Shown here one piece after another: positions 27,244 through 37,443 of a DNA stretch of 39,296 nt. Position 1 is the first letter of the stretch, and every line of letters starts with the position of its first letter. A model generated the notes under the pieces. That model did not search any database and was not told the DNA's origin. It saw only the letters and a program-made list of their open reading frames with translations. The position numbers and the translations under genes were made by a program. The stretch is from a virus (Duplodnaviria; Caudoviricetes): positions 1 to 39,296 of the IMG/VR virus record IMGVR_UViG_3300017914_001061; one strand, written 5' to 3'.

Positions 27244-28470
27244 ATGATTAGCGTAACACAAGGACCTAGTATCAATGCAAGCCTAGCCTCTTTAGACTAC
27301 GATAAGAAGTTTGAAGCAGGCAGAGAAGGTATACGTAAAGTAGCAGAAGCGCAGGAAGCAAAGAATCAAGAGATTAAAGACGCTTTTAAGGATATGACTG
27401 ACAACTTTCAGAAGGCTCAGATTACTGGGTCTAAGGTTGCGGCAGCTATAGAGAATAACCCAGAGTTATTTGCGGGTCTTGAAGATAGTAATAGCTTAAC
27501 AGCTAAATCATATAAGAAATTTTTGAATGGGGACTATAGTCCGCAGGTTGTAAACAACCTAAATGCGTATATTGATTCTGCTCAGACGCAGATAACAAAC
27601 GCTAATGCTATACAGGAACAAAAAGATATGCAAACTGCAGCATCAGCACTTACTGATATTATTAAGTTGCAGTTTCCAGAAGGTATGTCAGATGATGATA
27701 TTGATTCTGTAACGCAATCAGATTTAACCAGAACAATGTTAAATTATATAAGCACTAAGGATTTAACTACAGGTGCGCAGTCATTGATTTTAGCAGGCAT
27801 ACAGAAGTACGGACAGAATTTATCGACTACTGATGAATTTGCCTACGATGCAAAAATAGAAAGTAATATGAAAGCGTTTGACGCTTTCTCAGATGCTTAT
27901 TCGAAGGGCGATACAGCAGCAGCAATGCGAGCTATATCAACAAGTCCTTTATATAGTGAATATATAAATGTAAAAGACGTTACAGGAGAAATTATACGTC
28001 AACGTAGTGCAGATGAAATCGCAGCTATACTTGGAATAAGTCAACCTAAGCCAGATGCACCCGAAGATGATGACGAAGATTATAGCGATGATTCTGGAAT
28101 AGATGCAGCAGTAGAAGCTTTAGGCGAAGATGATTTAAACTCTGAATCATTAACGCGATATACTAATTTTAAAAGCAAGGATTTAAATGATTCCATAGAA
28201 ACTGCAGCAGAGGTAGATGTAGCTATGGATATGAAGAAGAGCCTCAAGATATTATTAAAAGAGTTAAAGCAGGCTGAAGATAAATTAGCAGACAAAGGCT
28301 TTAGAAATGTACAAGGTGTTAGTTTAGATAAATCATACTATCAAAACCAAATTACAAAAAAGAAAAGTGCTATATTAGATATTATAGAACAACTAGATAA
28401 GATGCTCAAAGTAGAATCAAATGTAGCAAACAAAAGCACCGCACAATTAGAGAGCGAAGTATTTAAATAA
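27244..28470 (+). CDS. Putative internal virion/ejection protein
   Basis: 408 aa, helical, between two large virion genes. Confidence 0.55.
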   Translation: MISVTQGPSINASLASLDYDKKFEAGREGIRKVAEAQEAKNQEIKDAFKDMTDNFQKAQITGSKVAAAIENNPELFAGLEDSNSLTAKSYKKFLNGDYSPQVVNNLNAYIDSAQTQITNANAIQEQKDMQTAASALTDIIKLQFPEGMSDDDIDSVTQSDLTRTMLNYISTKDLTTGAQSLILAGIQKYGQNLSTTDEFAYDAKIESNMKAFDAFSDAYSKGDTAAAMRAISTSPLYSEYINVKDVTGEIIRQRSADEIAAILGISQPKPDAPEDDDEDYSDDSGIDAAVEALGEDDLNSESLTRYTNFKSKDLNDSIETAAEVDVAMDMKKSLKILLKELKQAEDKLADKGFRNVQGVSLDKSYYQNQITKKKSAILDIIEQLDKMLKVESNVANKSTAQLESEVFK

Positions 28471-28476
28471 TATTCT

Positions 28477-31400
28477 ATGAGTAAAACAGCCAGAGAAGTT
28501 CTTGAATGGCTCGCTACAAATAAAGAGTTAGAACAATCTGACCCACAAAGATACGAAGCTGCTAAAGAACTATACCGAAGAAAGAAAGCGGAGGAAGGTG
28601 GAGGTACTGCACTTACCAATAAACCTATTGAAAAAAGGGGTACCCCTATTTCTGAACCTACAGGACCTGGAGCAGGTAAAATAGTACAAGGTCTTGGTAC
28701 CGAAGTAGCAGTTAGTACAGCAGGTAAATATGCAGGTGCTGCTGCAGGTGGAGTTTTTGGACCCATTGGTATTTTACTTGGATATACCGCAGGAGCTATT
28801 GGTTCTGGTATAGCAGGTAGTCTTGCTGCGCAAAAGATAGAAGGTAGAGACGAGATTAGTTGGGGTCGTGCAATATCTGCAGGTTTAATTAATCTAATAC
28901 CTACACCAGGTGCGCAGTCTATTAAAGTTCTTGGTAAGAGCGCAGGTAAGGGATTGTCTAAAATGGCAGAGCAAGGCATCAAGTATGGTGCATTAGAAGG
29001 TGCGGCTACAGGTGTAGTAGAAGCTCAAGCTACATCTATCATAGACAAGGGCGAGCTTGCAGGTGCAAAAGAAACTGCATTGTATGCAGGTATAGGAGCA
29101 GGCTTTGGTGGTACACTAGGTGCAGTAGGTAAAGGACTAGCTAAAAAGCTAAAAGGTAAAACTCCTGCTGAAATAGAAAACACTATATACACAGATTCCA
29201 AAGGAAGACTGGGTACATTTGAATTGATGACTAACTCTGGAGCGGACAACAATAGATTGAAGCCATCTCCTACATTTGACTACGAGTTTGAAAAAAGTAG
29301 ACAAGCTAACATCAGAGAAGAATCTACAAGCGCCATTGGTGTATCAAGTACAGGAATATCAGAGTCTAGTTATGACCCAAATAAAATAGGTCTTGTCGCT
29401 AAGATATACCAAAAGCTTCCTGCAACTGCGCGAAGATGGATTGCGCAAGTTACCCCGTCTATCGTTAGTAGACAAATAGCTGACATAGGTATAGACTACA
29501 GAAACTTAATCAAGACTGGAGAAGCTATTGGAGGTAGAGTAGCTCAAGCAGTAGCTAGAGAAACAGAGCTAGACCCAAGGACTGCGCCTGCTTTTGAAAA
29601 GTTTTTTGATGGAGGAGAGATAGACCCTATCTTAGTAGAGAAAGGATTGCTTGGCGTATTGTCAGAATGGAGAGATTTTGTTGATAGTCAGCAACGTGTA
29701 CTTTCAAGATTGCTTGGAGATGATGCTATCAAAGGGCTAGATGAAGAAAGCCAAATGCTTCTTATGGGTAAGATAAATGCTTCTATTCGGGACAAGGATT
29801 ATCTAGCTCAAGAGTTTGAAATCTATACTAATGAAAATTTTATAGTAGACCCTAAGTTAAAACAAAAAGCTATTGACGAAATAGAAAGACAGTTAGACGC
29901 AGGAGATGATATAGCAATAGGCGTAGAAGTATTTGACCCAGTTTCTGGAGAGTTTACTTATCAGAAAACAACAAGTTTATTTAGTGACCTTGACGAAGCT
30001 AAGATTGATTTAGGGGTACCCCTAAGAAACAGAATAGATTACATTGATAAAGGAAAGCCATTAGTAAAAGGTAGTCCTAAATCTATGGACGACCAAGGTG
30101 TAAGATTTTCTAACAGGGAAAAAGCCGCAGCCTTGGTACAAGAAATCATTGATAATTCTGCAGCGACTAGAAAAGCCAAAGCAGCAGGAAGTGGTAAACA
30201 ACCCGTCAATGCGCCTATACGTGCAAGAGAATTAGATGAAAGCACTAATGCAGCGCTTATGAGAATGATGGGTGTAGTCAGAGACCCAGGAGAGCGCGCA
30301 CGTGGTACAGTATCAAGACTAACTAGATTAGTTGCACGTGCATCTGCTGATAAGAGAATGACTGAAATGCTAGAGGGTATGAATCTAGCCACTAGAAATC
30401 CAGACAAGCCTGGAGTCATTGCGCTAGACTTGCGCGGTGGTAAGAGTGGATTGTATACAAGTCCAGAAGTAAACATTGCAGTCAATCAGTTGTACGCTAG
30501 TAACTATATAGAAAACTCTGTTAATGGATTCATTGATGGTTTGCAAACTACACTAGATTCTGGAGTAGGTTTATCTAAAGCAGTAAAAGTTCTAGGTAAC
30601 TTACCTTCATATATGGTTCAGTTCTATGGCAATATGGCTACGATTGCTCAACTTGCTATGGCAAATCCTATGGAAGTTCCTGCGTTATGGAATGGTTTCC
30701 GTGTAGCTATGTCAGACATTGATATGTTTGCAAGTAATCAAAAGTTATCTAAAGAAATACTTTCAGAAATTAAAGATGCAGAAAGATATGGCATCAAGGG
30801 TGGTAATATATTTGCTTCTGATATTAGAAGTAACTTAGAGAATGCAGTTGGTCCTGCGCAAAAAATAATACAGCCGTTTGCTGAAGTATACCAAGTTCCA
30901 GATACAGCATTTAGATATTACGGTTGGAAGCTTATGCAGCTACAACTAAAAAAGGTGTACCCAGATTTAGCAGACCCTAAACGCGCAGAAGATTTAAAGA
31001 ACGTTGCTGCTAAGTTATTGAATGACGTATACCAAAACTACGACAAGGTAAATGCAGCCGCTCGTTTAACAACTAAGTACGGTCTTACTCCGCAGTTTGC
31101 TACGTTTACTATGGAGCTATTGAGAAATCAATACAACCAAGGTAGACAGATTAGAGATTTATTAACTGGCAAGCTTGGTCAAAATCTAGGAATTAACTTA
31201 GGGCAAGTAGACAGAGCGGCATCTATGAGAATAGGTGCGCATAGAGCAGCTTGGACTGCTGCTACGCTCGGCGGTGCAACTGCATATTTTTCTGGATACG
31301 AAAAAGCTAATAATGTAACTGAAGAAAAAAGAGCTAAGTTATTAGAATCATACGTAGAAGACTACGCTACGAACTCTCCATTGATTATGACAATGGACGA

Positions 31401-32424
31401 AGATAACACTAAATTTAATTATCTTAATTCATCTTACTTAGTTCCGCAGCGTATGATTGCTCAAGCATTCCAGGCAGGTATGGACGGTACAGATGAAACA
31501 TCATTGATGAGACTTGTAAGACAAGAGTTCGTTGGTGAAGGTGCATTTTTCTATGTAGGTGTAGGACAAGCTTTGCTCAATAAAGATATAGAATCTGGAG
31601 AAAAGATTAGTACAAATCCAAATGACTTTCAAAAGTTCCAAGAGATTATGGAGTTTGCTATCGAGGATATGTTTAAGCCTGGACAAGCAAGAGAGCTAGA
31701 CAAATTTATCAAGGCAGGTAAGCCAGGTTCAAGATTTACATTAGACCAAGTGTACGCTCGTCAGTTAGGTTGGCGTGTAAATCCTAGAGATATGGTAGAG
31801 ACTGGAGAAAGAAAAGCACGTAAAGGATACCAAGATGTAAGAGCGGTCAAATCTGATTGGGGCGCAATGATAAATCATAGACTAGAAGAGTTACGTTCAT
31901 TACCAGACCAAGGCGAATCACAATACCAAGAAGCTAATAGGCAGTACACAGACTTGATGCAGGTTCAGAGAATGCACCTAAATAACTTTACTTACTTTCA
32001 CGGTGCGGATAAAGCTATAGAAATGCTGAAGAACGCAGGTGTAAGCTCAGAAGAATTAGCATACCTACAAGCAGGTAAGATTCCTAGCTTGCCAAGAACA
32101 CCAAGGATTACTGCTGAATCTATATTTGATGGTTTAGATTTAGACTTAACTCTGAATACAGAAGCCAACAATGAAAAGATAATGCAAGCAATTCGTTCTG
32201 TTGATAATCCTTTCTTGAAAAAGAAAATGTTGAATTACTACAAGAAGAGTAGAATGAAGGCACGTAAGGGATTAACAAACTTTGAGGCAACAATAGATGC
32301 GCTTTCATCTGATACTCAGATAAGAATACTAAGAGATTTATACGAAGGTAACACGGCTTACTTTAAAGAGTTATACGGTAAGAAGGTTATAACTAAAGAA
32401 GCATACTATATGCTCACTAGATAA
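28477..32424 (+). CDS. Large DNA-transfer/ejection protein (1315 aa)
   Basis: Gly/Ala-zipper hydrophobic N-terminal region, helical body, last gene of the late operon. Confidence 0.65.
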   Translation: MSKTAREVLEWLATNKELEQSDPQRYEAAKELYRRKKAEEGGGTALTNKPIEKRGTPISEPTGPGAGKIVQGLGTEVAVSTAGKYAGAAAGGVFGPIGILLGYTAGAIGSGIAGSLAAQKIEGRDEISWGRAISAGLINLIPTPGAQSIKVLGKSAGKGLSKMAEQGIKYGALEGAATGVVEAQATSIIDKGELAGAKETALYAGIGAGFGGTLGAVGKGLAKKLKGKTPAEIENTIYTDSKGRLGTFELMTNSGADNNRLKPSPTFDYEFEKSRQANIREESTSAIGVSSTGISESSYDPNKIGLVAKIYQKLPATARRWIAQVTPSIVSRQIADIGIDYRNLIKTGEAIGGRVAQAVARETELDPRTAPAFEKFFDGGEIDPILVEKGLLGVLSEWRDFVDSQQRVLSRLLGDDAIKGLDEESQMLLMGKINASIRDKDYLAQEFEIYTNENFIVDPKLKQKAIDEIERQLDAGDDIAIGVEVFDPVSGEFTYQKTTSLFSDLDEAKIDLGVPLRNRIDYIDKGKPLVKGSPKSMDDQGVRFSNREKAAALVQEIIDNSAATRKAKAAGSGKQPVNAPIRARELDESTNAALMRMMGVVRDPGERARGTVSRLTRLVARASADKRMTEMLEGMNLATRNPDKPGVIALDLRGGKSGLYTSPEVNIAVNQLYASNYIENSVNGFIDGLQTTLDSGVGLSKAVKVLGNLPSYMVQFYGNMATIAQLAMANPMEVPALWNGFRVAMSDIDMFASNQKLSKEILSEIKDAERYGIKGGNIFASDIRSNLENAVGPAQKIIQPFAEVYQVPDTAFRYYGWKLMQLQLKKVYPDLADPKRAEDLKNVAAKLLNDVYQNYDKVNAAARLTTKYGLTPQFATFTMELLRNQYNQGRQIRDLLTGKLGQNLGINLGQVDRAASMRIGAHRAAWTAATLGGATAYFSGYEKANNVTEEKRAKLLESYVEDYATNSPLIMTMDEDNTKFNYLNSSYLVPQRMIAQAFQAGMDGTDETSLMRLVRQEFVGEGAFFYVGVGQALLNKDIESGEKISTNPNDFQKFQEIMEFAIEDMFKPGQARELDKFIKAGKPGSRFTLDQVYARQLGWRVNPRDMVETGERKARKGYQDVRAVKSDWGAMINHRLEELRSLPDQGESQYQEANRQYTDLMQVQRMHLNNFTYFHGADKAIEMLKNAGVSSEELAYLQAGKIPSLPRTPRITAESIFDGLDLDLTLNTEANNEKIMQAIRSVDNPFLKKKMLNYYKKSRMKARKGLTNFEATIDALSSDTQIRILRDLYEGNTAYFKELYGKKVITKEAYYMLTR

Positions 32425-32456
32425 AAAAAAGCGCCCCCTTACGAGGACGCTTTCTT
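32423..32456 (-). terminator. Rho-independent terminator at the convergence of the two arms (possibly bidirectional)
   Basis: Minus strand GCGTCCTC-GTAA-GGGGGCGC-TTTTTTTT. Confidence 0.85.
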
Positions 32457-32565
32457 AGGATTCAATTAGGAGAGGAAATGATTAAAACTCTCCCGCCGCA
32501 GATTACTCATACGGCTTACCTAAATATATACATATGAGAAGGTTTCCCTACACACAAGCCAGTCT

Positions 32566-32754
32566 TTAAGAAAAGTCTATGTTATTAATTAATAGTTTCT
32601 CTTTGGCTGATGTCAACTTGTTTTTGAGATTTTCTACATCTTTATTTAGAATCTCATTTTGCTTAGTAAGAGACTCGCACGCTATAGTCATTTGGTGCAG
32701 CCCTTGTGTTAATATATCTTCGGTTGGTGTTCTGTAAGTTGTTGTATTAGACAT
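32566..32754 (-). CDS. Small coiled-coil protein
   Basis: Coupled to the dnaB stop; heptad pattern. Confidence 0.6.
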   Translation of the reverse strand: MSNTTTYRTPTEDILTQGLHQMTIACESLTKQNEILNKDVENLKNKLTSAKEKLLINNIDFS

Positions 32755-34079
32755 TATTGAAATCTTCCTATTTGGTTTATGAATTTAAATTTACCCATAA
32801 CATCGCGCTCCCCCTCTCGGTTCTTCGCAATCTTATAGCTTAGTTCGAGGTAATTGGTTTTACCGTCAAAGACTCTGCAGTTCTGCAAGTCTCCACCCCT
32901 AGCCCACATAAGTAATATGACATCTGCATCATTTTCAATGTCGCCGCTATCTTTGAGGTCGTGCATTGAAAGACCAGAGTCTCTCTTTGCTCCCTCTCTG
33001 TTGACTTGCGCCAATAAGATAACAGGTATATTAAGTTCCATAGCTAATTGTTTTATCCTATGGGATACCAATGCTATGCCATCATTTTTACTCATACGTG
33101 TATCGTAGGGAACAAGTTGTAGGTAGTCAATTACTAATGCTTCTATTTTATTTTTGCGCTTCATTGACCTAGCCTTTGAACGTAGTTCATCTACATTACG
33201 AGCGAAATGTTCTACGACTATTGGCGCTTCTTTTACTTTATTGAGAGCGTCGAACACACGATTCTTTTCTTCGTCCGTTGCTACGTTCTCTCTTATTCTT
33301 CTTAGATTGACTGCGCTTGCCGTTTGTACCATTCGTTTCATAAGTTGCTCTGCGGGCATCTCAAAACTGAATATACCGATAGGTATTCTGTCTTGTACTG
33401 CTGCTCGCAAAACTATGTTTAGAGCCAGTTGACTCTTACCGCACGAGGTGGGAGCGGATATAACAAATACCTCACCCTTACCAATACCACCCTCGTCAAG
33501 TTTTGCGTCCAGGTGGTCGATTCCCGTGCTAAGTGCAGTAAATTCGTAGCGGTTTTCAGCCATAGCAGTCAGCTTATCTTGCAATAAATCGCCTGCATCT
33601 ATGAAAGATTCTTCTGTATTGGTACGGTCTGCTATCTGCGCTAACTGACCCTCCATTCTAGAAGCCTCAGAATGGGCTTCAGAACCCCCTACGATTGCCT
33701 CTATTGTTTCTCTAGACATACGTATCAGACTGCGCGCTATCGACTTATCACGGACGATATTGGCGTAGTATTTTGCTGATGCAGTAGTCTCGACTCTATC
33801 TGATATGTACTGCACCCCAAGGAATCCATCAACTTGTTCCTCTTTTCCTTTGGCTTTTACTCTCTCCAGGATAGTAATTTCGTCTATTGGATAACTTTTT
33901 TTGTGCAGTTCATCTATGATAGAGAACAATATTCTTGGTCTCTCTACGTAGAAATCGTCTACGTTTATTATCTGTGTAACGCTATCGTATACACTCTCGT
34001 CGTCTGACTTGATTAAACAAGCGACAACGGCTTCCTCCGCATCTAATGAATACGGTTCTTGGATTGGTTTATCTTTCAT
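32754..34079 (-). CDS. dnaB: Replicative DNA helicase DnaB
   Basis: AEEAVV N-domain, APTSCGKS, FSFEM, VIDYLQL, LAQVNR, DLKDSGDIENDAD, IAKNREG. Confidence 0.95.
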   Translation of the reverse strand: MKDKPIQEPYSLDAEEAVVACLIKSDDESVYDSVTQIINVDDFYVERPRILFSIIDELHKKSYPIDEITILERVKAKGKEEQVDGFLGVQYISDRVETTASAKYYANIVRDKSIARSLIRMSRETIEAIVGGSEAHSEASRMEGQLAQIADRTNTEESFIDAGDLLQDKLTAMAENRYEFTALSTGIDHLDAKLDEGGIGKGEVFVISAPTSCGKSQLALNIVLRAAVQDRIPIGIFSFEMPAEQLMKRMVQTASAVNLRRIRENVATDEEKNRVFDALNKVKEAPIVVEHFARNVDELRSKARSMKRKNKIEALVIDYLQLVPYDTRMSKNDGIALVSHRIKQLAMELNIPVILLAQVNREGAKRDSGLSMHDLKDSGDIENDADVILLMWARGGDLQNCRVFDGKTNYLELSYKIAKNREGERDVMGKFKFINQIGRFQ

Positions 34080-34080
34080 T

Positions 34081-34248
34081 TTACCTCCCTAGGTTATCGT
34101 CTATATATCGTTGCTTCATTCCCCAATATATATCAGACCTAGCTTGTTTGTAAAAATTGTCGATAACTTCTTTTTTGGTTTTGCCTGGTACGGCTATACC
34201 TCTACGAGCTTTCTTATACTCGTCGATGTAATCATTTACTTTACTCAT
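34081..34248 (-). CDS. Hypothetical protein (55 aa)
   Basis: MSKVNDYIDEYKK...; fills the gap, ATGA overlap, ends in the GGAGG RBS of dnaB. Confidence 0.6.
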   Translation of the reverse strand: MSKVNDYIDEYKKARRGIAVPGKTKKEVIDNFYKQARSDIYWGMKQRYIDDNLGR

Positions 34249-34589
34249 AAGTCATTTAATTCTGCGGGTAATTTTTTAGTAGAGATTAAACGTTTGGTTT
34301 CTAACCAACACGCCATATTCCAAAGGACTGCTCCAAAGTGGTCTTCATCTGTTTCGCCATCTTTGCACGCCATCAAATGTCTGAACGCTGCATCGCAGTA
34401 CCTCGATGTAGGGATACCTTTCTTCCAATTATCTTTACCATACTTGCTTGCGCCGTCCTCGAATCGTCGAGCCATTGCTTTGATTGCGCAAGTAGGAATC
34501 ATTGAGGGTACCCCTTTTCCTTTCATAGAGTCACGGACTGCACCCGTATCGAATGCAGTCCTTGCTCCACTATCGGGAAGCTCCGCCAT
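34245..34589 (-). CDS. dATP/dGTP diphosphohydrolase domain protein (DUF5664-like)
   Basis: FDTGAVRD, GASKYGKDNWKKG, AAFRHL, EDHFGAVLWN. Confidence 0.85.
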   Translation of the reverse strand: MAELPDSGARTAFDTGAVRDSMKGKGVPSMIPTCAIKAMARRFEDGASKYGKDNWKKGIPTSRYCDAAFRHLMACKDGETDEDHFGAVLWNMACWLETKRLISTKKLPAELNDL

Positions 34590-34813
34590 TAGAACGGTGC
34601 CTCCTCTTTGGCAGGTTCAGTAGTCTTAGCTTTATACTCTGACCACGTTCCTCGTACGTAGCGTCTTCCGTTTTTGGATTCGCCACTCCACCCTGCTAGG
34701 CGCATCTCCTTACCGTCGATGTTGATTTTGCCCGTGCAGTTTGGTTTCTTTGACCCCTCTTCTACCTCTTCCGAGAATAGTACAAAGGTATTTGTATCAT
34801 CATAATCTGACAT
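34589..34813 (-). CDS. Small SSB-like protein (DUF736-like)
   Basis: KPNCTGKINIDG...LAGW...G.RY and acidic C-terminal EEAPF. Confidence 0.6.
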   Translation of the reverse strand: MSDYDDTNTFVLFSEEVEEGSKKPNCTGKINIDGKEMRLAGWSGESKNGRRYVRGTWSEYKAKTTEPAKEEAPF

Positions 34814-35250
34814 TATATTATATCCTTTCTTGGTTTAGTGTTAGAAATTGTTTTGCCGTGTGTATTAGTAGCATCGTCGTCCTGGCTTTCGTCAAGATTT
34901 AGAAGACCACCCAACGCGTATTTTTTTGAATACGAATCGCTGCTGCCCGTCATTTGCGCAGGCGACATTCCTTTAGATTCTGTTGCTTCGCGAGCGTATG
35001 CAGTAACTGAAATACTTTCGTCGCTCTCGCAGTCGGCTAATGTTACGGTGGCTTTCACATAGTTCTTGCCGCCTATCTCTTCAATCTCAGTCTTCATCAA
35101 GAGAATACATTTCATCTCTTCAAGTGGGGCTTTGATTGCTAGTGTTATATCTTCGAGGGAACGATATTTGTAGTTCCCGAATTTATTGAATTGTCCTTTA
35201 GGGACGTGCAGTTTTGTCTGCATTATGTTTAATTTTTCTTTAATGTTCAT
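34813..35250 (-). CDS. erf: ERF-family single-strand annealing protein
   Basis: KGQFNKFGNYKYRSLEDI, QMTGSSDSYSKKYALGGLL...DDD. Confidence 0.9.
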   Translation of the reverse strand: MNIKEKLNIMQTKLHVPKGQFNKFGNYKYRSLEDITLAIKAPLEEMKCILLMKTEIEEIGGKNYVKATVTLADCESDESISVTAYAREATESKGMSPAQMTGSSDSYSKKYALGGLLNLDESQDDDATNTHGKTISNTKPRKDII

Positions 35251-35687
35251 AAATTCTTTAATACATTTTTATAGAGTTTTACTCTATCGTCTGTGTTTCT
35301 GCAAGCATTAATTTCATCTTTTTTTATTCCAAACTTTTTTAATGCAAACACTTGCTCCTCCTTCTTCAACCTGGCAAAACGTTTTCCTAGCTGCACCAAT
35401 CCAGTAGGGTGCAAATATTGGGTACCCCCTTTTCTTAAATACTTAGCCATATTCTCCAGGGATTCAATAAACCCCAGGTCACTATTGTTTTTCGCGTATC
35501 TCTTCCAGGCGTTGTAAGTCTTTCCCTCCCAAGCGTTTGCTTGTCTGTGTAGTACACCGCGTATCATTCCAGTATCGTGGTCGTGGTCTACGACTGCATC
35601 ATTTAGGGGTACCTCTAAAATGGGGCAGGTGCTTGGCGTATTTTTTTCACGCCATTCTTTAAGTTTCGTTTGGGGTACGTATTTCAT
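35247..35687 (-). CDS. Endonuclease VII-like Holliday junction resolvase
   Basis: CPIL...VVDHDHDTGMIRGVLHRQANAWEG. Confidence 0.85.
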   Translation of the reverse strand: MKYVPQTKLKEWREKNTPSTCPILEVPLNDAVVDHDHDTGMIRGVLHRQANAWEGKTYNAWKRYAKNNSDLGFIESLENMAKYLRKGGTQYLHPTGLVQLGKRFARLKKEEQVFALKKFGIKKDEINACRNTDDRVKLYKNVLKNL

Positions 35688-35829
35688 TTACTGCAGTTAC
35701 TCTTATGTAGGGTTTGTTTTTTGTGACATACTTCTTGGCTTGCTTTTCATCGTTCGCCCACCGCGTGGTGTAACCCGTGTAGTCGGGATTCATATCTGTA
35801 TGCTTATAAAATATTTCGTATTTCTTCAC
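35659..35829 (-). CDS. Hypothetical protein (56 aa)
   Basis: GTG start overlapping the upstream TGA; fills the gap. Confidence 0.5.
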   Translation of the reverse strand: MKKYEIFYKHTDMNPDYTGYTTRWANDEKQAKKYVTKNKPYIRVTAVNEIRTPNET

Positions 35830-36173
35830 GGTATTAATTTTTTAAGTGGTAGTAATATTCCTCTGCTTTGGTCGTTGTCTCCTCCGCATATATCCGCATC
35901 GGTTCCAAGCATTGGTCTAATTAAATCCTTCAACTTCTGAGTCTCGTAAAAAATAATTAAGTCTCCAACTACAAAGCAATAAAAGTTAGCCTGGGTTTTT
36001 GATATACCGCTTGGTCTACCTTTGTAACTGTACTCAATAAATATTCTACCCGTTGTCTTGGCGATGATGTCTCGCTTAACTTCTACCGTAGAGTTCTCTA
36101 GCATATCTGCTATTTCTTTTTCGGCGACAAGTCCTACCTCCAGGTCGTGTTTAAAGTCTTCACAAAAATTCAT
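35826..36173 (-). CDS. Small PD-(D/E)XK-fold phage protein
   Basis: VEVKRD...TGRIFIEY...PSGI; ATGA overlap start at 36173. Confidence 0.6.
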   Translation of the reverse strand: MNFCEDFKHDLEVGLVAEKEIADMLENSTVEVKRDIIAKTTGRIFIEYSYKGRPSGISKTQANFYCFVVGDLIIFYETQKLKDLIRPMLGTDADICGGDNDQSRGILLPLKKLIP

Positions 36174-36931
36174 TTCGCTTTTATCCAATCCATTCTGTAC
36201 AATCGGTTCAAGTATCTGAAGCGCGTTACCCCTTTGCGCATCTGAGTCTTAGTCCAATTCTTGTGATAATGTTTCTTGCTCTCTGTGCATATACAGACGC
36301 TCGTAATCATTGGCTCGTAGCTCAAGTCCATAGATTGCTGCAGCCATTTAGATTCAATCGCCAACTGTGTACAGTCTTTCTCTTCGTAAAACTTTCCTCC
36401 AGTTCCTTTTGTATCTCTGCATTTGTAGTCGAACAAGTGTACCTTGCCGTCTACGTCTGCAATTAAATCAACTGACCCTGCGCTTTTCATTTTGTGGCAG
36501 AAGACAATCTTTTCAGTAGCGAGTGGCTTGATATTATTTTCGTCTATGAAATCTATGAATGGTTCTACCCAATCGTCAAAGGGGGTACCCTCGTTTTCTA
36601 ATCCTTCACCAAATATCCGATGGTTTAATACCTCTTCAAGTCTAGCGTGTACTGATGTACCAAATGATGAAGAACTGATTTTCTTACCAGTAGCAGGGCA
36701 GACACGTTGTCCGTACTTGAGTTCTTGTATCTCTTGTACGGGCATTGTTGGGTTGTCTCTTGCTAGTTCAACTATCTTTCTTGGTGTCCAAATGTTATGC
36801 AGGAAATCATTCATTTGTATACTGAGTACAGTAGTTACTGATGGGTAAGCTTTTAGCTTACGAGCTTGAACGGGTGTTCTTGCTTCGGTTAAATAAGGGG
36901 TACCCTTGCAATCGTAGAAATGTCCTCCCAT
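36170..36931 (-). CDS. PD-(D/E)XK exonuclease
   Basis: YPSVTTVL, GTSVH..LE, AGSVDL, FDYK, QLA. Confidence 0.85.
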   Translation of the reverse strand: MGGHFYDCKGTPYLTEARTPVQARKLKAYPSVTTVLSIQMNDFLHNIWTPRKIVELARDNPTMPVQEIQELKYGQRVCPATGKKISSSSFGTSVHARLEEVLNHRIFGEGLENEGTPFDDWVEPFIDFIDENNIKPLATEKIVFCHKMKSAGSVDLIADVDGKVHLFDYKCRDTKGTGGKFYEEKDCTQLAIESKWLQQSMDLSYEPMITSVCICTESKKHYHKNWTKTQMRKGVTRFRYLNRLYRMDWIKAK

Positions 36932-36991
36932 ATTATTTTTTCTTTTTAGGTTTTACCCTGGTTCTCTTAGTTAGTAATTTTATAGTTCTCA

Positions 36992-37441
36992 TTAGTACGG
37001 TTCTATTTCTATATACTTGTTTGGTATTGGTGAGGTAAATTTGTCGGTGGGTGCGGCAGATTTGTCGGTGGCATTAGTAGCTTTTGACTTTGCTTTTTTA
37101 ATACGAGTTCGCCAATACTCCGATGCTTCTGCTTCTTGTAGCAATCGAGGTGCAAGCGTATACCAATAGGTTTTGTCGTATCCCATTTTGTTAAAGTTCC
37201 CCGTAAGGATTGCTCCCTTTTCCCGTAGTGAACGGAGTGCAGTTCTAATTTGATGCTCGGAGAAAAAAGGCATAGCTTCGCGCCACCCCTTGTAAGAATT
37301 GAATGTCCAGTATTTTCCATTTTTTTTGTTTCTGTTTTCATTTTTATTTTTGAGTACAAAGTAAGTGATTGTATGTAAAGCAATGGCTTGGGGTACCCCA
37401 AATTCTACCGCGTACCTGGTTTGAATTGTTATGTATTCCAT
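36992..37441 (-). CDS. Replication-initiator-like winged-helix protein
   Basis: NGKYWTFNS...PFFS...L...G...N.MGYDKTYWY pattern of phage initiator N-domains. Confidence 0.6.
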   Translation of the reverse strand: MEYITIQTRYAVEFGVPQAIALHTITYFVLKNKNENRNKKNGKYWTFNSYKGWREAMPFFSEHQIRTALRSLREKGAILTGNFNKMGYDKTYWYTLAPRLLQEAEASEYWRTRIKKAKSKATNATDKSAAPTDKFTSPIPNKYIEIEPY

Positions 37442-37443
37442 TG

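Noticed and set aside
4691-34079. Introns/inteins in terL or dnaB, or stop-codon reassignment
   Set aside because: Both proteins have normal length and contiguous motifs; the standard code gives dense gene packing with TAA, TAG and TGA all used as stops
34245-34589. 2-aminoadenine (Z-base) or other modified-base system
   Set aside because: Only the DUF5664-like domain is present; I recognised no PurZ, DatZ, DNA polymerase or deazaguanine genes
4356-37038. Antisense and alternate-frame ORFs (e.g. 5203..5682, 28341..28982, 30039..30485, 34111..34623)
   Set aside because: They are shadows of well-supported genes and have no motifs or RBS of their own
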